Below are positions 14,881-29,000 of a stretch of 64,000 bases of DNA, one piece after another. Below the pieces are notes generated by a model. The model searched no databases, had not been told where the DNA came from, and saw only the letters and a list, made by a program, of their open reading frames with translations. This DNA comes from Camelus ferus (Eukaryota): the NCBI RefSeq assembly GCF_009834535.1, contig NC_045697.1:23500001-23564000 (forward strand), written 5' to 3'. Position 1 is the stretch's first letter. Every line of letters begins with the position of its first letter. A program made the translations under genes and the position numbers.

Positions 14881-17169
14881 CAAAGAAAGGGTAACAAAAC
14901 AGAGAAAACAGAACATATCTGATAAGAGTGTAGTGGGATAGGAGGGAAAATAGTTTTTTTTTTTAAGCCCTCTTAGATTTTCATGAAAAATTCGATCCAC
15001 TCAAGTGATTAAATTAGGTAGGTTTTTCAGCATCTTGTAGATATTGATGTTTTTACATGTCCTGTATTTCTGAGTCAGCCAAGTCAATAGACATAAATCA
15101 TTACTAACAAAATTTTTACAGTAGTGTTTTACCATTTCATATGTACTCGGCACCTTTTAGAAACTGAAATAAGAATACTTTTCCCGGTCAGATACCCGTT
15201 AAAATATATGTTCAAAACACATCAAATAAAATTATGAAAATTCTCTCGGATATTCATTTTAAAGCACTATTTTTAAGAGTTTTAAGCCGTTTTCTTCCAG
15301 ATTGACTCTTTGAAACACTCCTATAAACAAAGCGGGTCTTTGTATTCATTTTAAAATGATGAATCACAAGCTTAGAGAAGGGAAGTGGCTTCCCCAAAAT
15401 CATGCAACACGAAAGCAAGCAAACAAAAAAAGGATCCAAATACAAGATTCTCAATTCCATATTCAATCCAGAAATCCTTAGACTCAATTCTTTGAGGGAA
15501 AAGTTTCTAGCTTCAGTCATGGAAGCTGACACAACAAGAGTTTTCAGTAGGCTGCATAAACATTTGGAAAATTTATCATGGAACAAGTACTTATTATAAA
15601 AGGGAACAATTCAGAGTGTATTATACAGTGAATTGTAATTTAGGATTTGCAAAATAATTTATGGACAATTGACTAGATAATTTTCTTAGGGGGAAAATTA
15701 AAATGAAGGAGCTCATAATGTTTGAATTATATGTAAAAATAATAAAAAACATACCACATGCTTCCCAAATTTAGTTATTTCTGTAAAGGTAATCCTTTAC
15801 GGAATGGTTTACTAAAATATGTATAAATTTATAGACTTGGCAAGACACAGTATCAGAAAATATACCCAGAGCCATTTCACACACACATAAATATACATTC
15901 TCACTCTCCTGCTACACGCTATATTATATAGGACTAATGTTATAAAAAAATGTTTAATCAGAACACATCAATTGTGGTTCTAGGACTCTGGGCCTTTAAA
16001 TTTTCTAATATGCTTGTGCTTAAATAATTCACCAAGCAGCTTAAGCCCAAGATTGTATCTCAGATCCAATAGATGTGAATCTCTTCCCTTCCATTTGTAA
16101 TGAAGAACAGATTAAAGATTTTGCTAATGAAAATAATTGAGAGTAATCCAAAAAAGCTAAAACAGACCTTTCCAACAAATAAGCCGGCTTTAAACACTGT
16201 TAATCTGATGAGGATAGGGAGAGTTTAATTAAAATTCTATCTCCCACTTATCTAATATTAAAGAGTAAAATATCTGCTAAAACAGCTTTCTCTTTAACGT
16301 GGTTCTTTTTCCCTCTTTGGGGCGGACTGAAAAAATAAACTGAATTGAAACAGAAAAAAATCATTCCATCAACTCTTTTATTATTATAATTTTGGGGGTA
16401 GAAGTCACAGCCCTGAGTTGGTAATGAAGACGAGATTCTGCTCAGTGACTTTGTTGGGTCTCCCATGTCAGATTGAAGGTAATATAATGTGAGAATTTTA
16501 TACATGTTTCATTCTCTGGGTGATAATTTGGTGCTAGTAGATACTTTAAATACTGTAAAATTTAGACTGACATCTGCCTGGTTACTTGATTCTCAAGTCA
16601 GCAATGCCAGTAGGTGACATGTAGTAAGCAAAGAAAGGTGGTTACTATACTTCTATTCAAATGTACATTAATTTCAAAAGATGACAGAGAAATATTTCAC
16701 AACTCATCCAAGTTTTCAGTGATAATAAATTCTAGTTAAAAGAACACAACTTGGGTTTTTACTAGCTGCACTGTTTAGCTGCTAAATACTACAGTGTCCA
16801 CTAAACCATTAACAATTTATTTAAATTTCATATAACATTCATAGATTATTGTGAATAAACAGTGTTGATTTGTGATTAACATTTTTCAAATTTGGGAATT
16901 CCTAAAATTTGCTGGAAAAAAAGGTGTGAACTCAGTGTTTGTTTACTGTCCTTAAAACAGGGACAAAACATGTTTGCTCTTAGTGAATTTGGCATTTAGG
17001 TATGATACATTCTACAGTAAAGAAAATATTTATACACTAATAACAAATTTACTATAGCTTTTTGACAAGTCAGACAAGTTACACAAAAACATCATTTTAA
17101 TCTTTCTGATGGAAACTTTTTGCATTATTCAAATACAATTCTTCTTCATCCTATAGATACACATTGATA

Positions 17170-17830
17170 ACCCCAACCATTAGCTCTTCTCTGTTACTGA
17201 AGAATGTCTTTATTTCTACTCAATCTTCTAAACCAGTAAAAATACTTTAGAGAATTTAATTTTTTTAAAAAAAGACAAAACAGCCAATAAACAATGAGAA
17301 GTCTAACAAAAAATCCTTCTTTGAATCTGTATCTTCTTTCATTTGTGTGCGGTCTCTTTCCTTATTCAGCCAATCTTCTTGATATATAACTTAAAACCAC
17401 TTTGCTACTTCTTTCTATTTTTTTTATTTTTCTTACTTCTTTTCATTCTCAATCCACTGTAGGCTGGCCTCTTCCTCTACCATATGAGTGAAACTCTGCT
17501 GTCAAGAGTCACCAATATCCTCCTGATTGGCAAGCCAGTAGATCTTTTAAATTACTGGACTTTGCTTCAGGGGCAGGGTTCAGCACTCAAGATGTGTGGC
17601 TTGTGTTTACCATGGCGGACATAGGATTGTGTTTGTGCTCTGTTCTGGCTCTTACTTCTCAGTCTGCTACTCAGTGTCTTTCTCCTCTGTCCATTCTTTA
17701 AGTTGTTGATATTCCTTTGGTTTCTTCTTATTACATGTAATTTTACGGGACAATTTCATTCACGCTTATGGTTTTGACCACACATATAACTCTGCTCAGT
17801 ATAGTCATCTGGATAGCATGGAGATACTTC
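17170..17830 (+). mobile_element. L2 ORF2 fragment
   Basis: ctcaatccactgtaggctggcc…gaaactctgctgtcaagagtcaccaatatcctcctgattggcaagcc resembles the L2 RT region. Confidence 0.6.
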
Positions 17831-18531
17831 AAGTTCCAATAAAACACTCATTGATGTTCATTAATAGCATTGATAATAAAGACACAACAACCATTTATTT
17901 TATCCATAATATATGTCAAGCCATGTTCTCACTTTTCTATATATTTCCTTTTAATTTTCACAATTACTGACTTAGTGGATGTTCATAAGTTTGAAATTTG
18001 GTATTTTTGGCAAAAGGTAAAAATTATAATAGTGACATCTTAATTATAGGTGCTTAAAACATGAACTACTAATATACAATATTTTCTTATTTTTTTCTTA
18101 ACTATACTTTAACTGAAATTTTAATTTTCTCTTTGCTGCCAGGGAAAAATGACTTTCTGAAGTCCCCCATTTTTTAAAAATTTTATACTGGTAGTTGTTT
18201 TACCATACACACTATTACTCCCATGAGGAATTTATTGAAAACTTTTCTGTGCTATCTCTAGCTATCTAAATATCTATCCCTATCTATCTATCTATATACC
18301 TACTTCAGTGAGACCTTGAAGAAGAGCTAATTTTTCCACTTTCAAAGTATAATGTACACCCACTCTCTTTTCATCAAATCATTCAAATAAATTAGTCTGT
18401 GTTTTGTCTAAACATCTGTCAAAAACTGGAAGATGTATTAGAATGCCTTTCCAATGCTATCTTGTTTATAGCAATTGCTCTAAATATTTACAATAAAGCA
18501 TATATATAGTATACATATGCAATCAAGAGCA

Positions 18532-18532
<1 letters not shown>

Positions 18533-18572
<40 letters not shown>
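18533..18572. repeat. (TG)20 microsatellite
   Basis: Perfect TG run read directly. Confidence 0.98.
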
Positions 18573-18578
<6 letters not shown>

Positions 18579-19999
18579 CTTGCTCTTTATTGTTCTTTTC
18601 CACTTATTAAAATGTATGGTACTTAAGGTCAAAGACTTTTTTTCATCATGCCCCTAGAATAATGCCCAACACATAGTAGTTGGTAAATAACTCTTTGGCA
18701 AATATAAATGTGTCAGTCAATTTTAAAAAAGGTATTATGTAAAAAGATTAAGCTCAAAATGGAACAGTTAAAATCTTTAATCTTAGTTATATAATTTTTC
18801 CCTATGGTGAGGCATTACTATGCCAATTTTTCAAATCAGGGAGTTACATAGAAATTGGCCTGATGAAAGCTTTGGGATTAGCATTTCATTAACTATTGCA
18901 GTTTAACCAACCAAAGCCAAAAATTAGCTAGATTTGTGTTTGGGACAATTTGCAACAAATTATTGAGCTTTTCAGAAAATAATGCCTCCTAGGCTAACAG
19001 AAAGTGTAAAATTTTGAAATAAATAATCACGTTTTACTGAGGTTTGATTATATTTTCCTGTGATTTAAAAATAATTTCAATCATTTTCAGTATTATTACT
19101 ATATACTGTTATTAATGTCCTTGCATACATAATTTTACAAATGGGAATATTTTCATTTATTTCAGATGTAATTCAATATCATTCTATACCTAAGTCTACA
19201 AATCTTTTCTTCCATAGTAGACAGATGATTTTAAGATATCTTATGTGGCACTTTAAAGCACCTTATTTTTGACATTATGAAATAGTATTTATTAGCGTAC
19301 TGGCCATTATAGATCTATGATAACACCACTATGATTATCCTTTCCATTTTGTTAAATAGAATATTTAACTAGTTATTTCACTGATACAATTTCTGTTTCT
19401 CAGTGAAGATACAGAAAAATCAATGCTGTCATTCAAAGCTCTGTTTTTGATTTTTATGCTTACATATTCTTTTAATCAAATTCAATATGTGATTCACTGT
19501 TTTAATATTCTAGAGTTTTGATAAAATCACAGATCTTATTTCTACATTATATACTCCTCTTAGTAACAGACAGAATTGATTATTCATTCACTCACTCATT
19601 CACTTGTTCATTTATTCATCATTGACATTTATTCATCATCATGATTACCATAAAAATATTACTGTATAAATCACTCCTGGAAGATGGAAATGATTTTTAT
19701 CCCCTTATACCTTAGCAAGAGATCATCTGGCATTCAGTAAGTTTCATGATATAGAAAGAAACAGTGTTTATTATTGCCAAATAACAGAAGTATTTCAAAA
19801 AGTAAAATATTTGTAATGAAAATTCTAGCTTGCTAAAGAATTTCTATAACATATAATTTGTTGTATCTTTTTTTGTTGTTAAGAGGATTATCTAAAAATA
19901 ACTGTATATAGTTTCCTTCTTCAAGTATAAGTAACCTACAGACATAAAAAAGGCTTATTCAATATTTGCTTTTACAGTCCTTCATTAATCTACAACAAG

Positions 20000-20700
20000 G
20001 ACATTTCAGAGATTTTTCAATATGGATGTTTTAATACCTTTTGTGTCTCTGCTGAGATTTAGCCCTTTTTTCCTTTCCCTCACTAAGCATAGTTATAACA
20101 GCTGTTCTAACATATTTTTCTGCTAATATCAACATCTGGATCATCTTGTTTGTTTGCTTTTTCCCATTAATTGACTTTTCTTGTGAGAATGGATTACATT
20201 TTCCTGATTCTTAATATGCTGAGTACTTTTATATTGTATCTTGACCACTATGAATGTTACATGGTAGATTCTGTTATATTCCTCAGAAGAGTGCTAACCC
20301 TTTTGTTGAAAAGCAGACAAGTTAAGTGCTTGCTGCATGCCCTTCATCTTGAGTGACATATTCAATCTCAGTTCAATTTTTTTAAACTTTAGCTGGTACC
20401 TGTCCTGCAGATGCATGACTCAGAGACAGATGGAGAATTGTGCAGAGTTTATATACAGAAATTAGGCTCCATATCTTTGGCTTTCATGTTTCCAAAATCC
20501 CCACCCACTTTCCAGTGTCTTTACAATGGTGACTTTTTATCAGATATTTAGTCATATTTTTGCCAACTGCCAGCTTTTGTTCGGTCTCCAATACCTCCAG
20601 GTGATTTCTTGTGTGTGTAATTTGTTCAGAGTTTATAGTAGTTATCAATGGGAGGTTCAGCCTAGTAGGAGTTTAATCTATTACCCCAGAAGCTGAATCT
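20000..20700 (-). mobile_element. Old L1M 5'/ORF1-region fragment
   Basis: ctgctaatatcaacatctggatcatc, and …tttgttcagagtttatagtagttatcaatgggagg…ccagaagctgaa resembling an antisense L1ME 5' end. Confidence 0.55.
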
Positions 20701-20989
20701 ATAGCTAGAAAATTTTAGGGGGAAATTCAATAAATTTTAGAAAATCCTCAAACAAAACAAAGCAAACAAAGTTAAGTTTTACATTAGAGGGATACACTAT
20801 GCCTGTTCAGTTGAGAAAGAATGTGAGTTTTATTGATAAACTGAAAAAACATGAAGAGAACATATGACAGTATGTCACAGGGAGAAGCATATATATGGAG
20901 AAAGAAAATAACTGAGGATGTTTAACATCAAATTACAAATAAAAATTTGACATTTAAAAATGTCAAATATGTTCTAAAACTTACAGTTG

Positions 20990-22255
20990 TGAATGCTAGG
21001 TATTTTTGTTTTCTTTTAAGTACATTTAACTTTTGGGACACAGGTTAGTTACTTGGAAGCAATATAATCTTTTCAAGATTTACTTTTAATCCTTGTGTAG
21101 GCTGAGCAAGAAATATCTTTAGTTTTGGGTTAATATTTTGCCCACTAATGAGGCAATAGCCTTCTGAGTACTCTACCTGATATTCCACGTATTACAAATG
21201 TTTTCTACCCTTGATAGTAGGAACACAGACTATTTCCAGCCCTGTCTCAATACTCCCTCCCCTGCCTTGAGCTTACTTACTCATGGATATATGCTGATCA
21301 ATACTCAACAAACATCTAGAAGGGAGTATTATGAAATCTCCAGAGCTTGCCCTTGGTGCAACTCTCCCTTCTGTATGCAATTCTCTTCTCCATGCAATTC
21401 TCTCTTCTCACAGTTCACAGGGACCTACCCTGTAAATTCTTAATGTCTCATCACCTGAAAATCGCACTTCTATGTCCTCAATTCAAGGAGACTTCGGGGT
21501 TCTGTTTGGATTACCCCTCCCAGTTCTGTGACCTGGAAACTCTCTCCAGACAATAAACAAGAAATCGTAGGGCTCAACTTGCTTGTTTTTATTCTTTCAC
21601 AGTCATTGTTCTTTGATGCCTATTACCCAATGTCTGAATCTATTTTTTTTTCATATATCTTATCCAATGCTGATATCGTAGTAGGGAGGAACAAATCTTA
21701 CTCCACATTAGATCTGTTCCTTTAACTCTAACCCTTTGTTTTGTTTCTAGCGCTTAGTCATGAAGGTTCTGCACCTTTGTAAAGTAATGTTGCCTATAGC
21801 CTGAAATATACAGGATAGCCTATTCTCAAGGCTCTGATCTCTAAGGGTATAATACGTTCCCATTCATGTAAAGATAAAAATTTGCAGAATAGAAAATAAC
21901 ATTTGTCTTGTTGAAGGTTTACAGGGACACCATGACCTGACCTACATGGACAGCTGCAAGAACAAAGGACTCCCAACACCAAGAAGTCTGCAACTACACC
22001 CCCTCATTGTTTTAGTATAAAAGGAGCCTAAATTCTGACTTGAGGAAGATGGTTCCCCAGGACATTAGTTTGCCATCTTCTCAGTCTGCTGGCTTTCCGA
22101 ATAAAGGTGTTATTCCTTGCCCCAACACCTCATTTCCCAATTTATTGGCCTGTCGTGCAGTAAGCAGATTGAGTTTGGTCTTGGTAACAATACGTTTAAG
22201 GCAGGAGAGTAAGTCTAGTTCTTGTTACTAAGTCATGGCCTGAAAAGGAAGTCTA
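20990..22255 (-). mobile_element. Old L1M 5' region interrupted by an LTR
   Basis: Antisense L1M 5'-region motifs continue across the LTR (…catatatcttatccaatg [LTR] gtttaaggcaggagagtaagtctagttcttgttact…gaaaaggaagtc). Confidence 0.55.
21677..22189 (+). mobile_element. ERV1-type solo LTR nested in L1M
   Basis: TATAAAA at 22016-22022, AATAAA at 22100-22105, ends …ggtaaCA. Flanks atat (21673-76) and atac (22190-93) fit a 4-bp TSD with one mismatch. Confidence 0.8.
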
Positions 22256-22639
22256 AAACCATGATCAAAATTCAATTTGTAGTAGAATGGATTTTGAAAG
22301 TCAACTTGAGACAATGGTTTACTAAAGTTTATTTGTCACATTTTATTTTCTATTAAAATGAAAATATTACATATACTAAAGGAGCTGATTTTTTTTAACT
22401 GAGAGGAGAAGGTCTTCAGTTTTAGGTAACTAACAGATATGGAAGGAATTTTCATTACAATTTGTGTGGAAAGTAAATGTTCTTAGCTTGTATCTATAGG
22501 TTAGATTTTGCAAATGCCCTGGGGCAGCTCTACTATTTTGCAAATATTCTCAATCAAATTATTCTTTAACTTTGATACAAAATGTGCAGACACAGCAAAA
22601 ATCTGTTATATTTATTATGTTAGCTGAGTTGTCAGTAGA

Positions 22640-23790
22640 GACATTTTACCCTGGTCTATTTATTACAACAATAGCTTGCTAACATATCTCCCAAATTCAA
22701 ATTGCCTTCTCTAATAATCCAGTTTCTGGACAGCCACCAAAGCCATTTTATGTTTTCAGGCAGCCAACGAATGCTTTTTTTCTTTATTTCTGCTTCTTTA
22801 TTTCTGTATTATTTTTTGTAGAGTAAATCATATTTTATTACCACTTTGGTGAAAACCATTCAGAACCTTCCTATCTCACTTAAAATAAATCCCCAATTAT
22901 TAACAAGACTGATCCCTGCATTATTTTTCTGCTTATTTCCATTAACTTATATTTTGTCCCTCTTATTTATCTTCTTTTAAATTAACTGAGTATTTTTTAT
23001 GATTTCATTGCATCTCCTTGTTTGATTACTAGCTCTACTTATCTGTGTTATAAATTTATAACTGCCTTAGGTTTTATAGCATGCATCATTTACTTACTAC
23101 CACCTTCCGTTAAGTAATGTTATACCACTTCAGGCAGAACATAAGAAACTGATAGCACTATATTTCCACTTTTCTTCTTCTGGCTTTTGCACTATTGTTA
23201 AAGGAAGTATTTCAGGAAGAAGGAGAATGATTCCAGATAAAAAAAATTGAATCTACACAAGAAAATAGAGAGCACTTGGAAATGGTAAATATGTGGGTAT
23301 ATTTTAAAAATATTTTAAAAAGATAATTGGTTCTTTTATACAATAGTAAAAATAGTATCCTGCCACTTCTTATTCACTGTACTCTGCATACATGTTGGCT
23401 TACATTCAATCGCTCAAACGCACCAATGACTTCCTACTTTAGACTTAGCTAGGCTGTTCTTACTGCCTGGAGATACAGCACCCACAGCCCATACACAAGC
23501 ACTCACTCAAACATTTGCTCTGGCTCCTCCTTTTGTTCTATAGTTTTCATCCTAACTTTTATTTCCCTTAACAAATCTTTTCAATTCATCTCATTTAACC
23601 AACACACCACTCAGTACTTTTTATCTTCAAAATTTCCACAATTTATAATATTGTATTTGGCTCAACACTTACTTTTTTTTTTTATATGTGTCTCTCTACT
23701 AGTTCTGTGAGTTCCATGAGATTAGGAAACATGTTTATACCGTCATCTTTCCAGAATCTAAACAATGTTTGTGAAGTACTATTGAATAAT
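22640..23790 (+). mobile_element. L2 3' region split by an L1M fragment (22970-23358)
   Basis: L2 motifs on both sides (accattcagaaccttcctatctcacttaaaataaatcc…; …ctagttctgtgagttccatgag…aatctaaacaatg…ctattgaataat). Confidence 0.55.
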
Positions 23791-26015
23791 TGTAGAGTGT
23801 TATTAAGAATATACTTAGAAAACGTTTCCTTTTAAGTTTGTTTTCCTACTAAGACACTTTTACAAAAGTACTGGAAAACAGTGTTTCAACCTACTCTATG
23901 TCATGCAGTGAGTCGTGTGAAGTTATTTAGGTTCTCCTTACTTTGTGTTGTGTTCTATCTACAAAATAAGCATTACAAAACAGGCCAGTGCCTTTTATTT
24001 TTAGTATGCTTTCAGAAACTAGAAGAAAAGTTACCATATCATTTTTTAAAATCTCTTGAGCCTCTTTGAAGTGACCCTGTCAACATCTCTCAGTGTTTCA
24101 GCACTTAAAGCTGTTTCTTGGTTTGTTGCCAAAGGAACCACCACAGGGATTTATACTGGCAACTTCTTTAAAAAATATACAGAACACTTTTTAAAATAAG
24201 GAGTACCTTGGAGCAATTCAAATCACTGTGTCACTCATGATGAAAAGGCTATGTACAAATATGTCATTATATGTATTCTTAGGGCTGATAATTGGTCAGA
24301 TCTGACATTCAACTGACTACTTAACCTCCACAAGGGGATGTCAATGGACATCACAACCACATTGCCATGAGTGACATGGCTTTTCAGTCAGTGGTTGCAG
24401 ATGCTTACATACACACAACATAAAAACTGTAACATAGAAACAGATGAATAGAATGATTAGCAAGATATATAATGAACAGGCACACCTTAAATCTATTTTT
24501 CTCTAAATAAATTGTAGTTCTAAAGTCATTATTTTTACCTGTGTATGTTTGTATATGGGCTTCACTTACACATCTGTACACACATGTTCAATTTTTTTTA
24601 TAAAGCTATTTGCTTTGGAATGATAACAACAGATTATAGTTAATCTCAATGGGATCATTTGAGTTCAGTTATCAGGCACCTAAATTAGCATATATTTAGA
24701 GATTTTCCCAATGATATCATAACCCATAGGAGAATAATTTTAAAAAATGTTGAATCTCTTGTTGACCAGCACTTGATGTTAAATTATTTTTACATGTATA
24801 GACTGTATGCAAAGTTTCTTCAAGTTAGAGTCTGCTATTCTCATTTCACAATATTTTATTTCATTACTTAGATAATTATGTATCTCTCAAAAGGAATCTA
24901 TGTATCTATCAAAAGGAAACACTCTAAATTATGTTCAAATTAATAATCTGGTAAAGTATCTCTGCCTGGAAAGTACATTTTGAATTAATTAATTAATTAA
25001 TGACCTACATAATTACTAAGATTAAATCAAAAAGCACAGCAAAATCTAGGATTAAATGCAAACTTTCTCAAAGGAGCAAAAGTCAGAAGTAAAATGAATG
25101 CTATATCTTACTATATAAGAATATACTGTAACTTACCCTTATATATGTAGGATATATATACCCTATATATACTTAGAATATAGGATATTCTTTATATGTT
25201 TTGAAAATATCTTGGAAATGTACCAACTATAGTCAAAAGAACATATAAAAATGTATATAACTATTAATTTAGGTTTAACTTCCTATAACAGCTATAAAGA
25301 ATGTGGGGGGGGGGGTGTGCCGATTTGGCATAGAAAACAAGCAGAAGCCAGCATTAACAGGAATGACTAAACATTTGCTAAAGTAGCAAATAAAAATCAA
25401 ATTATGTATATTGAATATCAGCTTATTCATGGTCCTGCCTTCCACTGGGCCAAATGTCTAATAAAATTTTATCACAGTTATCTGCAGAGTATTCGGGGAT
25501 TCAGAGCATTCATATGCTTAATTTGGAGGGGGGATTCTTTTTACAGTGGTTATCAAGACTTTGATGAACACGAAGAACTCTTAAAACTGTGACTTTAACA
25601 AATTCTCTGCTCTCCTGGGAGAGAGTATAAAGGGAAAGACAGTGTTTATCATCTCTTCATATATAGAAATATTGAATTTTCAGGGTGTTGCAGAGGGAAA
25701 AACATTACCCAAGCTACCTTTATTTGTGCACTTTAAAAGCTAGAAGGTTCTTTAAGCAATATCTTGTCTCAGCCCTTTAGTTTAGAATAAATTTGTAAAA
25801 CATAGCTGCTGGTTATCAAAGACCTTGAAGGAGTTAAGAGCAGAAACAAAGAGGAAAAATATCTCTGTCCTAGGTCATAAGAAATTACCCTCTTAAATTT
25901 GTTTTTATGTTACTGATCTAAAAATTGGTTGCATGCCAGCTAATTGTATAGAGCATGCTTTATTTAATATACTGTACTTGTTCTAGATTCTCTAAGTTCT
26001 GTGATTTTATTACTG

Positions 26016-26626
26016 TGTTACTGATCCAAACTTGAGTCTGCTCGCCTGAATGCAGGAAAGCCAACTACTGACAACAGGTTGTGGTGAAAGGAAGTGCAGC
26101 GTTCATTGCAGGACACCAAGAAAGGAGACCAGGCAGCTCATGCTCTAAAGGCTCAAACTCCCCAATGGCTTTCAGGGAAAGATTCTTAAAGACAGGGTGA
26201 GGGAAGGCGGTTGTGGGTGTGTGATCAGCTCATGGACATCCGTCTGACTGACTGGCGGTGAGGTAGTTAGGAGTTAACATCATTAACCTCTGGAACCAAC
26301 CTGTCTGGTGTCAATGTTAACTTCTTCCACCTGGTGGGGGGTTTCAGGATCTATAAAACTGCTCAAAGGATATGGCTCAGAACATTATAGCCCTTGAAAA
26401 GAAACTAAATGTTCTTGATTGTGTTTAGTGGTTAAACTATCATTATTTTGCCTTGCTTGATTGTTTTCCTTTGTTTCTGCTTTTTCTCATTTCTCTGATT
26501 GAATTCATTCTTCGGACCTTGGGGAAGGGCTAAAAGGCTAAAGTTTTTCTACAAACAAGAGGCAGGCAGAGGATATGGGGTGATGGTCTATCACAGGAAG
26601 TTCTCTTAGGGTCCTGCTTGGTTATG
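26016..26626 (-). mobile_element. ERV1-type solo LTR
   Basis: Begins tgttactgatccaaacttgagtctgctcgcc and ends …gggtcctgcttggtta. The ~610 bp GC-richer block resembles laurasiatherian ERV1 LTRs in reverse orientation. Confidence 0.75.
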
Positions 26627-27944
26627 AGGTGTAGATAGAAACCATGAATATCTAACTCTTTGCTTTATATGCCATTATCAACATTTAGTAGGCTTTTAAC
26701 TTGATACTTGTCATTGAAATGCTGTAGCTCATGTATAGTTATCAGAAGAATCATGTTTTCTCTAATAGGAAAATCAATTCTATATACATTATTAATATGT
26801 ATAGCTTTGTTGTTAATTAATAGTTTGATAGATTTTTCCTTCTTAAACAATTTTGCCTCAGTGCCTGAATATTTGTTTTACTTTTTCCAATTCAAATTGT
26901 TTCAAAATTTGACTGAAAGCAAATATATGTGTAAAAACAAAACAAAACAAAACAAAACAAAACATTTAAAAAGTTGGGGCAAAAATGTTGACAGATCAAG
27001 AGTCTGAATATTGGCACCAGCATTCAATATGGTACTCATACTAGGAAATATCCAGGCTTTATATTCTACTTCATTGTAAAACTTAGGCAAAATTTATTAA
27101 CACACTGTCATACAAACAATACATGCTGCTTAATGATAGAGCCCAATGTTCAAATTCCTTCCTTGTCTCTTTTTGTCTCTAAGATTTGAAACAATTACTG
27201 AATTCCTTTGAGTTCTTCCTTATCTATTAAAGTAGGTTGATAATGTCACCCACAATGGAATTTATGAAGATTCAAGTAATATTTTAAGTTTCTCTAATTG
27301 GTGCTACAATGGGATAACTAGTATTATTGTTGATGCTAATTCATTATCCTCATTATATCTAATTTCCTATGAGGTTTGAATGTAGACAAAGCATGAAGAA
27401 AAGTGCTGGGCACAACCTCAAGAATGAAAAGGAGTAATAACTAAAATTTTCCGATTGTGTTATTGTATGGGATGAGTGAGACTGTTTAACATTTTATTTG
27501 TTAAGTCTAGCAAGTATTTAAAAATCATGGATAACCACTAAAAGAATACTAATACAAAGCATAAACCAAAATATAACAGGAAAATTGAAGAAATTAAGGA
27601 TATATTATAATAGGTATCAACAAACACAGTATAGGGAGAAAAACTATTCAGGAAAAGTCATAATCCTCAGAAGATGAACAATGGAAATTCAATAGCATAA
27701 TGGAATAACTTTTCAGAGCTTGCGTTATTTTTCTAGAACACATCTGTTGCACTTAGGAAACATGATGCTTATATAAATTCTAATAGACTGTAAAGTTAAA
27801 TATTAGCACTTCTGTCCAAAGGCAGAATGACAGTCAAGTTTAAATTAATAGTCTAATTCAAGATTACTGACTAGCTCAAATGTTGCAAGACCATGGCAAA
27901 TGTTGTAAGAGCATTTACTTTGCACTACAGCAATTAAGAGAGGT

Positions 27945-27997
27945 TGTATTAGTCACAGTTCTCCAGAGAAACAGAACCACTATGATACATGTATGTA

Positions 27998-28031
<34 letters not shown>

Positions 28032-28442
28032 CATACAGAAAGAGATTTATTATAATTAGTTTATGTGACTGTTGTGGCTGGCAAGTCCAAATATGAATTG
28101 TGGGCCACCAAGCTCAAGATTCAAGAGAGCCAATGGTACAATTCTATTATGAACAATGATGGTCTTGAGACCTAGCAGAGCCAGTGGTGGAGATAAAGCC
28201 CAAAGGTAATCTCCTGGAGAATTATTTTTTATGTGGGGGAGAGTTAACCTTTTTCTTCTATTTTAACCTTTAACTAATTGGATATGGCCCAACCATAGTA
28301 TGGAGGTCAATATTCTTTCCACTACTAATTAAAATGTTAATCCTATCCAAAAACCCTCACAGAAACACCTAGAAAAATGTTTGACCAAATATGTGAGCAA
28401 CCTGTGGCTTAGTCAAGTTGACACACAAAACTGACCATCCCA
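27945..28442 (-). mobile_element. ERVL solo LTR (MLT2-like) with internal (TA)n
   Basis: tgtattagtcacagttctccagagaaacagaacc…ggctggcaagtcc…gtcaagttgacacacaaaactgaccatccCA. 5-bp TSD gaggt (27940-44) / gagat (28443-47). Confidence 0.9.
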
Positions 28443-28849
28443 GAGATCCTGAATCTGGAGCCAAAAAAAAGAAAAAAATAATTAAAAACTGTGTGAAGAT
28501 GCCCTAGTGGGATGTAACATTAGAAAGGATTAATGAGACTCCAGTATAAGGTTTATTATAGAAATAGTACAATGACACTGAAGAATTCCTAACTGTGAAG
28601 GTGTGAGTTGAAAGACATTTTGTTACTCTTATAAGATCCCTTGTTAAAATTATATTATTTTGATTTATATATGTGGAAAATAATCTTGAAACCAAAGAAA
28701 TGAAATATAAGGGACAGTCTGCATGTGAGACCTTCTTTTAGAAACATTTTTCTACATACATTGTTTCTACACTACCATTTTTTGAGTTCCCATTAAAAAA
28801 AATTCTTGATATATTGAGTTTCTTGAACTCTAAAATTTCCCATTTAAAA

Positions 28850-29000
28850 TATCACCTCTAGCTACTGTGCATTAGGTTTCTAGGCATTTTATATCCATTG
28901 GCTCTCAGAAATACAGTCAGATAGCTTTGTGCCATCTTTACAAATGAAGAAATAGAAAACTAAATTACCCAAGGCCACACAACTTTAGAGTCTATCTGAC
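28850..29000 (-). mobile_element. MIR SINE
   Basis: ccatctttacaaatgaagaaatagaaaact…ttacccaaggccacacaact…tctgactctaaa. Confidence 0.7.
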
